Source: Vicugna vicugna (lineage: Eukaryota). From it: a DNA stretch of 64,000 nucleotides. The notes below the pieces were generated by a model that saw only the letters and a list, made by a program, of their open reading frames with translations, ran no database searches and was not told where the DNA came from. A program made the translations under genes and the position numbers. Shown here piece by piece: positions 53,469 through 64,000 of this stretch (position 1 is the first letter of the stretch; the number at the start of each line of letters is the position of its first letter). The DNA is taken from the NCBI GenBank assembly GCA_013265495.1, contig MU058584.1:5980407-6044406 (forward strand), written 5' to 3'.

Positions 53469-55269
53469 TTTTCTTTTCCATTTCTGTTTCACTTTAGTGA
53501 AAACCAGTAAAAGCTTCACCACACTCCAATGGACCAGCCTTCTGGAATCCCTAGCTTCAGCTATCTTCTGTATCTATCCTCAATGAGTACCGTTTAATAG
53601 TCCTGTCAAAAGTCATAGTTTCTTTGTGTCTCAGAGTCTGAATTCATACATACTAATAAAGTGGCATGTTATAATACAAAGAAACATTGGATTAGAGTTA
53701 AAGAGACCTGGATTCTTCTTCTAGTTATGCAGAAGTATGCAAATTTCTAAAGGTATTTCACTATCTTTTGGTCTCAGGTTCTTCAATTCTAAAATGAAAC
53801 AAATCTAAGACTTACTCAAGTTCTACCATTCTTTAAATAGAAATCTAAGATTGACACCATTACTCCATTAAGCTGTTGAAATAACTATCCCCCCAAAATA
53901 AAAAAATTATGGCAATAAAGGAGTTCATCTTTTAAAAATTACATAGCAACTCTAAATAAATATCCAGTCAAAAATGTAATAAATTCAACATGTATCAGTT
54001 AAAACCAATTCCTTCTAACTCCTCTCCCCCAAATCTCTACTCTCTTTTATCACAAGCCCCTTATTTCAGGAAATAAGTATGGGAATTCAGGAGTGCCACA
54101 GTCCAACCACAGCCAAGAAATGTCAGCAAAATTCATCAAGCTTTTATGGAAACACTCTAGGAATACGGTTGTTTTTTAAATCCATTCTTGAAATGTTTGT
54201 TTTTACACGGAGTGCATCCTGATATCCTTGGTTTGTCTTGTATGTAAAGGTATACATGCTTTGTCTTTTATTTTCTTCTCTTCTCAGCTCCTGACACTAT
54301 GACCTTAAGCACTAGTTTTCATAAATTCTAAAGTGTCATAAAAGACCTAACGGTTTGAGTTTATATGGAATGTGCCATCCTGAAGTCCTGTATCATTTTT
54401 GTTTACTACTTAACCATTGAAACATTATGAAGCCTTAACCAGCCTATTATCAGAACCTGTTCACTATCAGGAAAAATCTTTGTCACTGGCTTCCGTCACA
54501 CCTTGTATCTGATTAACACACTATAGGATAACATAGAGCTACACAGATCTGCTTTTTGTTCTAACGTAACTGATGGAAAACAGATTTCCCTTTCTCCTTT
54601 AATGTGGCAGCCCCCTAATTGAGAATATAATGTGGTTTATTTAATACAATTCTTCATACTAAATTAAAGCAGATCTAGAGTAATTTAGTTGCTCATTAGG
54701 GTTAAGGTAGTAGCTGCTAGAAAGATGCCTTTTATACCTGAGAAAATACTTCTCCCAATGACATGTATATATAGATATACACACAAACTAAACACACATA
54801 CACAAAGAGTTGTTGACTTTTATGCACATACCACCTATTTCTCAACAGTATTGTCCCTTTAATCTTCACGATGGCATATTCTAACCAGACCTCAAAGTAC
54901 AAGTATCTCTTCAACCTCTGTTTAAAGCACTGAGGAAGCTCCTCTGGGCAGTATCATTTCAAATATCCTGTCCAGTTAGATCACAATGTAAAAGATGTAA
55001 CTGAATGACATTTACTTAAGCAAGAAATCATGATTTTTCTTGCACGCTATGCTTGGGGTTTTTTAATCCAACTATTGGCCACTGAAAAAACCAGTAAAGT
55101 AACAGACATAATACTGACAGGGAATACACACACACATACACACACACACACATACATAAATTCTAACAAGAGACAAAAATACCCTAAATTTCTGCCCTTC
55201 AGGTTTATGCAATATAAAAATGAACTCCAAAAGAGGGCCAACCAAACTTACCTCATTAAATCCAATTGG

Positions 55270-55708
55270 ACTGTATGGAATTGAGAAATAAACATCTAAC
55301 TTATGAATCTGAGAAATTAAAATTTACTGAGACTGTAAAACAAGCGAGAACCAACCCCACCGGTCTGGAAAGAACTTTTTAGAAGTTTCTGTCAACAACT
55401 CACTTGAAAATCCTTGCTCTGTACCCATACCTGACCCGCAAGCCATTTAAAAGTGACTACTGTCTACCCATTTTATCAATTCCTACCCATTCCATGTTTT
55501 TCAAAGCCTGCCCTGAAAAAACCTGAGTTCTAATGCTAACCCTAATCCAAACCATCCTAACCTTATGAAACTTTCTCTGTAACTTCCTTTTTAAGATGTT
55601 ATGAGACTTTTTTTTAAAAGTGTTCTCCCTTGCTGGCAAGTTTTTAATACACCCAGTTTTTCTGTCTGACAGAGGCTTTCCCTGGTAATTTTTGTGGGGA
55701 CCAAAACA
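55270..55708 (+). mobile_element. Old ERV1-type solo LTR (MER67/MER90/MER110-like)
   Basis: 3' end gtgttctcccttgctggcaag...aatacacccagttttt...ggtaatttttgtggggaccaaaaca resembles the U5 of this LTR group. Confidence 0.5.
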
Positions 55709-58700
55709 ACCGATGTCTATAAATCTGTATTAGTTTATCTCATTTCAATACATAAGTCTTATTAAATATAACTGTGCCTATTCTAGAATAAAGATAGCAC
55801 CTTGTTTTCCAAGTTTAAAATAATTCCAGATTATAATACACACAATTTGCGAATGATCAAAATTAGAGTTACTAAAAGAGAAAAGGCTGCTGTTTAAAAT
55901 CCCAGTGACACAAACCCTGTGTTAGTACCAAATCACATGCAGGTCTGTGGCTTGCTAGAATGATAACAGACCTTTTTACAGAGAACCTAGGTACACTCCC
56001 TGTTCCACAAACACCTGTAGATACAAAGTGATGTTAGTACAGGACACCTTCTGATAGGACCATGTCATAGTACTGATCCTGGAAGGCCACTGCATGTCTA
56101 GACGACAGTATCCTGGTGTCTAGATTATAAACTTTTATATTTTAGCAACTTTGTGTTTTTGTTTTTTTATTCCCAGTGTCTATCTTAGTGTCTGGAACAC
56201 AGTATATGCTTAATAAACATGAATCAAGTATCTGACAACCCAGTCATGTCAGGGGATGAAACTGGTTACTAGTTGGGGAACAACTTATGAGGTTCTCAGA
56301 TACTTCATACAAAGTTAAAGAGGGACCGAAGGATAAGAATCTAACTGGGTTTTTATAAGCTGTCTATGTGTAGAGAGTTCTGATCGTCCCTTGATGATGC
56401 CCAAGGCTTGGAAGAGAAAAGGCAATGTTCAACTGCTGTATAATTCCCTTGGAAGATCGAGAAGCTAATATAATAAGCTCCTTTTCTCCTTGCCTCCCTG
56501 TTCCTCTCTGCAGCTACCCCATTCCCTGCATCCCAAAGCTCCCTGTAAGGCCCAGACAGACGACAACTTGCTGATGAGGCCACAGAGACCGCATCACCAA
56601 ACATGTAACCCTCTGTGGTACAAAGCGTACTGTGAACACCTATCTGTTTCAATTCACCAACTGAGGGCTTGGGATCGAATACATTAAATATCCTATCGCT
56701 GATGTAATATTTCCATAATTTGGGAGACAAATACTTTACTGCAGAAGGCATATTTCCCTAAGGCTTGCAAGGCATCTAATTATCTTAGTATTTTTTCATG
56801 TTCCTTGTCTTGAGTGAAAGATATTTATTGTCTTAAAGATAAATTGCCTTAAGCTACAAATAATCCCACTCTTCCCATAATTTTTTGGATTTTTTTATTA
56901 TTATAGAACATAGCCACGGTGAGAATACTCAGAAATCAAAATCTAGAGGTAAAAAGAATTTTAAGAGATCATCAACTTCCATTCCAGGCAGGTTTCTAAC
57001 AAACTATTTTTAAAAGTTGGTTATTTAGCTATTACTACTGCTAACTGGACAGACTTCGAATTCTTCCTTGACAGCCTATTTCTAGTGTTTCATCATGTTT
57101 GCTATGTCTAATCAAAGTTTCTCCTGTTTCAAATTAAGTCAATTTCCTCATTTTACTCTTGAAAAAGATTTGGGACAAGCAGAGAGCACCCTGAGTCATG
57201 ATCAATAATTTAGAGTCTGAGCTCAAAGAACCAAAGACTGGCAGCTATATTGCAAGTAAAGCTGAGAAGCTGTCTTTTCACTGGTGCATTAAAATGGCCC
57301 GCTTCTCAAATTTCTCCCCAATAAGGAGGTGCAGCAAGGTAGAATATAACTTTGGTTAGCTGATAAATTCAAGTAAGTCACCACAGATTCAGAATATGGG
57401 TCACTTAACACATGAGGCACTTCTGCTCTAGCAAAGGTAGCTTCCTATTCTCACTGTCCTAATGGAGACCTTTCAGTAAATTGCCCTATTTAGTTAACTG
57501 CTCTGACATGAAGTCTTAAAATGCCAAATCTACCATTTTGCAGGACAATCTTAAGAAAACTAAAAATAGATACATGTCTGGCAAAAATACATGCTCCAAA
57601 TAAATTTCCATAGTTAAAATCCAAACAGTGAACAGATTATCTTCCCCTATCATTTTAAAAATTAAAACTTTTTAGATTTGAACAAAAAATAACATAAATA
57701 ATTAACTGTACTGAGGAAAGGAAATATCGGTCTAGATACTTAATCTATATATACATTTCTTAACTAGGTGTGAATTTTGGTTTAGTTTGAACAAAATATA
57801 TTTAGTGACCATCATGTGGAAGATGCTTCATATATATTTTCTCTAACCTTTACAGTAACTCTTTAGTTCTCAGAAGTGTCATTGTAAACTAAAGCCTCAA
57901 AAAGGTAAATAAAGTGCCTGAGAGTCCTCAGCAAGTGAGAGAATAGGAATCAGCTGTATTCTAAATGCAATACTCTTATCGGACCAAGTTGCCACTTCAC
58001 AGAGGTCAAAAGTTGAGTCTAAGACCAGAACCCTTACTCACTGAGAAGAGGAGAAAAATGTTTTAGGAAGAAGTTGCTCCTGGTGGTGCAGCTAGCAAGC
58101 TAGAACTGAGCGAGGGCCTTGAATCTTAGAGGTGTATAATAGCAAAAGGTAAAGAAACATTCTTGCAGCAGAACATGGGACGTTTCTAGAGCCTGGTGCT
58201 CTTTGCTGGACTCCTTCCTCTCTTCTAAGAAACTGAGCTATGAGTGTGACTCAGCTGAGTGGCACAGCACAAGGCTTCCAGATCACACAAATATTTCACG
58301 TGTGAATACCGTGAAATATTCTCAGCTTAATAAGTCTAGTATTTCTAAATATCATTTCAGACTGAAGTTTTTCAAAGCATGGAATGAAACAACCCAAAAT
58401 TACTTGGCACCATATCAAATATTTACTTTGTTGAGTTCAGTGTAGAGAGCTATATGGAGATTAGGTGAACCGCCAAATGACTCGGTCAATTTTTTTTTTC
58501 TAACTCACATGATCAGACAGCATCTTAGGAAACCATATATATCACCAGTTTCATTTTGCTGATTCTTCTTCTTGGAAGCCCTCATATTAAGAAGGTTCTT
58601 CATGAATTTAATAATTTACAGTAATTTTCTTTGTGGTTTTACATTTTACTTCTGACCATGGTTTACAAGTTCCTGCAAAGAGTGCAGGATCAACAAAGTA

Positions 58701-59198
58701 AAATGGAGACGAAAAATGCTCACTGGATTTAGAAAAATGAAGATCAGGGTGACTTTAATAAGCACTATTCCAATGTAGTAATGGAGGCAGAAGCCAGAAC
58801 TGACATAGGTAGAAAGGATGGGGAAGTGAAGAAATGAAGGAAGTAATATGTAGACATTTTTTTCAAAATGTTGATCCTAGAAAGAAAGACAACAGGACAG
58901 AAGACACAGGGGTGGGGATAACTCCTGCTTAAGATGAGAGACTTGAACTCAGAGATTAGAAGTAACTGAGAATGATAATTTTATCTTTTAACAAATATAT
59001 TCATATTTTATACTAAATATTTTCTTCAGAAATCTTGCTGCCCACCATAGTCTTCTGCCTGGACTTGGCCCTTGCACCTGCGATATGACTATGTATAAAA
59101 CCTGTCTGAGTAAGAAGCCTATACTTAAAAGTTGAAAGCCAAAAGTATTAAGAATGTTTAAAAAGTGAATTTAACATCACTGTATTTTCTGAGCTTTA

Positions 59199-59447
<249 letters not shown>

Positions 59448-59559
59448 TCATACAAGGGAATCCCGCATTTCTCTAAATTCAAATGTTACCCTGAAATGCA
59501 ATTTCAAATTTTAAAATAAAATCATTAATGTAAGATGACAAAGAACATTTAACATTTCA

Positions 59560-61080
59560 TTAAAAAAACAGGGATAACAGGGATAAGAAAGGAAAAAGAT
59601 TAGACAAAAATGGGCAAGGAAAACAGAGCCAGTAAATCTCAGAATGTACAAGGCCGTATTTTTGTAAACATGAAAACTATCAAAATAACTGAAGAGGGAG
59701 CTCTAGAGTTGTGTAGCTATGAAAGCTTTCCTGAGTGACCTGGCCCTCCTAAAAGTTCAGAAAAATTAGTATCACGCAAAGATTCACACGTAAAAAATTT
59801 CACACAGCAACAGAAAAGAATCACAGTCAAATCTCATATATGGTTATAAGAGAAAACAAGACATTTTCACATGAAAGATGAAAGTATGCAACCTAATATT
59901 TCAAAAAGAGACAAAAAGGTAAGAAAACAACAGATATGTATGAAAGAACAATATGAATCAGAATTAGAAAACCCAGAGAAATAATTCAGGAAATAACCAC
60001 AAATAAAAGTAAAAATAATTTCAGATATACAAAAAATAAATTTATAGTAATGTAAGAATAAATAAAAACTACAGATAAAACTCTAGGCTAAAAAGAAGGT
60101 AAAAAGAGGAAAATCAGTAAAATTAAAAAATAAAAGAGATAAAAAGATTAGAAAATGACAGATATTAAAGACAGGCAAAGAAGATACAATCCTAGAAATT
60201 CTAAAGAAGTCAACCAAAACAACCAAATAGAACAAATACTAAAAATTATAATTCAAGAAAACGTCCCTAAAATTAGAAAGATAAAACTATATACCAAAAG
60301 AGCATACTTGGAAAAATCAACCAAAGATGAAGAATACCAGTCAAATTCTAATAAAACTGCTTGACTTAAAAAAACAAACAAACCCAGAAACATCCTTTTC
60401 CTAGCAAAATAATCGAGTCACTTACAAGGGAAAAAGTAAATTGTCATCAGACTTTTAGACTATGGACTTCCACTGGCAGCAATTCAAGATGGAAAAATAC
60501 CTTAAAATTGCTGAGGGAAATAACTGGTAATCTAGAATTCCATATTCTGCAAATTATTATTCAAGAGGATAAACTAGTTATTTTCAGATACAGATATATT
60601 TTATTATTCATAGATGTCCACTAAGCAATATAAAAGAATGTAATCAATTATGGAAGAAAACCAATGCAGAGAAATACAAGAATGGAATTCAAGAAAAAAT
60701 AGTAAATGAGGAAATGTATGAACATACTATAAATCCTAAATAAGCACTAGCTTTTAAAAGGAAATAATTAAAACAGTAATTTTAAGACATTATCAAAATT
60801 TTGTTATAAAAATGAGGTGAAATTATTACAGTAGATAGCAACAAATAACATGGATGATGAAGAGACAGAATTACAAGTAGAAGAGAAATTCTCAGAACTT
60901 GGTGAGAATGCATGTTGAAATTTAAGTCTAACACAAATGAAATGAAATGGAATGTATAAATAACAAGTGGGGGAAAGGGAAGAATAAATAAAGAATAAAG
61001 GGAACTCAAATCAATTAAAAAAAAACTCTCAATGAATTTAAAAGAGGCAGTAAAGAAAGAGAAAGTTATGATCTCCAAAA
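59560..61080 (+). mobile_element. Old L1M 5'/ORF1 remnant
   Basis: A-rich. ORF 60155-60364 DIKDRQRRYN...EQILKIIIQENVPKI...KRAY resembles L1 ORF1p. Confidence 0.7.
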
Positions 61081-61384
61081 CTTATAGTTCGTCTTGGTTA
61101 AAACTATTTGAAACAGAGGCCGCAAGTATCTACCAAGAAACTCTAGCACATGAGTAAAAGCAAATGACATATTTGTAGCACTGATTATAATTCTGAAAAA
61201 AAAGTCTATCAAGTTTCATAGCAAGTAGCAAACCAGAGGCTAATCCAGATCTTCTATTTATCAGTGCTACTTACTATATTTTTTTCAGAAATAAAGGGTT
61301 GTATTTAAAATGCAGAAAAAATATACAGAATAATGTATCCGTGTGTATTCTAAAACTCATTTTCAGAAAAATCTGTAAGGGATA

Positions 61385-61510
61385 TGGTGTTCATTGCCTC
61401 TTTTCTCCACTGAAATATAAATTCCATTAGGGTTGGGATTTGGTCTATTTTGTTCCCCATGGTATCCCCAGCTCTGAGTGCTCAATAAATTTTTATTTAA
61501 TAAGTAAATA
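61385..61510 (+). mobile_element. L2 3' end
   Basis: ccactgaaatataaattccattaggg...tttggtctattttgttc...gtatccccagc...gtgctcaataaat. Confidence 0.7.
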
Positions 61511-62779
61511 AGACCAGCTCTATATACTACCCACAGTTTTTGTAAGGATAAGTTGAAAATAAAATTCTTAGGAAAATCTTAGAAATTCTCAGGGGGAATC
61601 CAAAAGGACCTAGTCAAATTTGGGTTGCTTTTATTTCCCATGCTGCAATGGTTCAGATTATACAAAAATTAATTATTATAATAGCTAAGGTTCTCAATTC
61701 CTGAGTTGTGCTGAGAGCCATTTTTAATATTTAAAACATCTTACTATAAAATCACATTTACCTAAAATAAGTCTACACCAGCCATTTCAAAAGTCAAGTT
61801 TCTTTCATTCTCTAAAAATTGTATCAAGTAATGTCGACCAAATTTTCTAACTTAAGAAATAATGGGAAAAAAGAATGATTTCCTACCTAATAAATCTTAC
61901 TTAAAATATTTCAATATACTGGTTTCATAAAGAAAATCACAATAAAATACTTAAAATTAAGGTGAAATATTTTAATAATAATTTTATATTATATGACAAA
62001 ATATAAGGCATATTTAAATGTTACTGATATCAACAAAAACTCTGATTTCTGAACACCAAAACATCGGGCAAAAGTACTTTAGCAATCTTATCCAATCTTA
62101 AGACACGGATGAAAGCATCAGATCTACATAGTATTCTTTGATGCTTTTGTAAAAATTTTAATTCAGCATATCTTTATCTCCCATTCTCATCATTATCAAC
62201 ATGTTATATTCTTCAAAATAACTATTTAAAAAGTATCGGCTTTAGATTCAATGGCTTAGCAAAAATGGAACTTGGGAGAAAATGAAAAGGAAGTTACATA
62301 AAGAAGAAAAATCAAGTAGAAGTAGTCTTAACAGTGTGAGCTCTGACAATAAAGTACTGAGAGTACTCTAAACAGACAGACCAGAACAGAGACTATGTGC
62401 CAGGCACTTGGTAAGTACTTTAAACACTTAATTATTCCTTAGTCTTCAGGAAAAAACACAATGAGATGACACATAAGCAAGGGATTGTCTTTAAAAGAAG
62501 TTACCTATGAAAAACTATACTGTCACTTTAATGTTTTCTAATATATGTTTCTTACAGTATCTTCTGTAGTTATATAAATCTTCTCTCTATAAAATATTCT
62601 TTTAGAGATTCTCAACCTAGAAAAGCATATTAAAGGCTCCAAGAAGACTCTGTAGCAAGAAAACCTGTTTAACTTACTGTTTCCAAAACTCATTTATCAT
62701 AGAACCTTTTTTCATTAAGCAACTATTAATACTAAAGGAATATATTCCATGGAGCACAGCTGAGAAAAGTTAATTTATT

Positions 62780-63180
62780 CCAATGATGTTAACACTGCTC
62801 AAAAGCGTATTTGGAATTTATCTTCCTGGCAGAGTCAGTTTATAAGCCACATTTTAAAAATATTTATTACTTTATGATAAAAAAGAGTTCTCTAGAATAG
62901 CTGTTAAAGTGAAAGAGTATTTGACAGCCCATATAAAAATGAACATTTCTCAATTAGACTTGCTATTTATCAGACTTGACTCCTGGAGACTTTATATGGT
63001 TCCAGAAATTAAACTTGTCCTCAAAAGCAAGGAAAACTTCCTCCAAAGATAATACTTAAAGCATGTGTTATAGGCTTTGAATGTAACACCAAAGGAGGTT
63101 CAAAATGTTTTGAGCAATGATCCATTATCATGAAAAAGAAAAAGTCTCCCAAGGTGTTAATTTTAAAGAACATTAACCAT
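62780..63180 (+). mobile_element. Mariner-type DNA transposon remnant (MARNA-like)
   Basis: From 62964, YLSDLTPGDF../.VPEIKLVLK resembles the mariner YSPDLAPxDF motif. Frameshifted. Confidence 0.65.
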
Positions 63181-63189
63181 ATACGTACA

Positions 63190-63720
63190 TGAATTTATTG
63201 ACTAAACTAGATCTAACCACATGTCAGGTACTGTGTTAAGTTCTGGGTATAGATAAAGATGAGGAAAACAAAGCCAGTCCTTGAGCTAGAGGAGCTCAAA
63301 GTTTTTTGGTAAAGACAGGCAAATGGATACATAATTTAAGTACTTTATTAGAGGTGAAAATAAAGACATTACTCCCACTGGTAAAGGGTAGGCACAAGAT
63401 TAGAAAGGCTTAACTGAGACAAAGGCTTATAAACTTATCTTTGATGGCTTGGAGACTGTAAGGGAAAAAAAGGGAGAACAATGCATTTGAGGTTGGCGAG
63501 GCATACAAAGAGGCAGTAAAAGTATGACAAGGAGGGTAGTGTCTGATAAATTAGAAGCTTGGTCTGCTAAGAGAAACTGTGTATTGTAGGGTTAAAGGGG
63601 AACTTTGGAAAGATAGGTTAAGGTCACAGGTTATGAAGAGCTATATACGGGAAGGAAAAGAATTTAGATTTTTCACATGGGTAATGAAAGACTTTATGCA
63701 GTGTTCAAAAGCAAAAAATT
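63190..63720 (-). mobile_element. L2 remnant
   Basis: atttattgact...atgtcaggtactgtgttaagttctgggtat...agtccttgagctagaggagctca is the antisense L2 tail. Confidence 0.6.
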
Positions 63721-64000
63721 TTTTTTGATATACAAATAAGCAGATAACCACAACTGAAAAACACACAAAGATTCAGCTTAGATGCCACGTCCACTGCCAG
63801 CCTTTCATGACATCTTCAGACTTGGTCATACGTATCTTCTCCGCACATACCATCATGACATATATCACACTGGATTTTAATTTTATATTGATTTACTTGT
63901 CTAGCTTTCTAATTAGATTATAAACTCCCTGAATACAGGGACAGATTTTTTATACATTCAGCACTTTAAAAAGTATGTTAGATGGTCAGAATTGATAAAT

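Noticed and set aside
56235..56751. 132-aa ORF in a GC-richer patch
   Set aside because: No recognisable homology or fitting splice phase. Probably an old LTR-like remnant that I could not classify.

Overview
Mammalian genomic DNA, probably camelid, judged from two tRNA-derived SINEs of the Vic-1 type. It is syntenic with the human SCYL3-KIFAP3 locus. The left end holds a CpG-island promoter and the non-coding first exon of SCYL3 (minus strand). About 16 kb of repeat-dense intergenic DNA follows (L2, MIR, MaLR/ERV LTRs, a decayed ERVL-like pol, MER63, MER5, an inverted L1). The rest is the 3' part of KIFAP3 (kinesin-2 accessory subunit KAP3, minus strand), with four constitutive coding exons resolved to the base: 59310-59395, 48474-48663, 42590-42689 and 17912-18020. 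Best finding: in the 24.5-kb last intron, an antisense ancient MIR-family SINE tail supplies a 3' splice site, a 14-codon frame (S)TFQPRISKCFTNTH*, a stop and a donor (21899-21967). This appears to be the short KAP3B C-terminus arising from an exonized SINE. A second strong acceptor 27 nt further on could give a third tail, (R)NVNSGAEV*. Repeat family names and homologies are from recall, not database searches. Most ORFs in the supplied track are non-coding noise.
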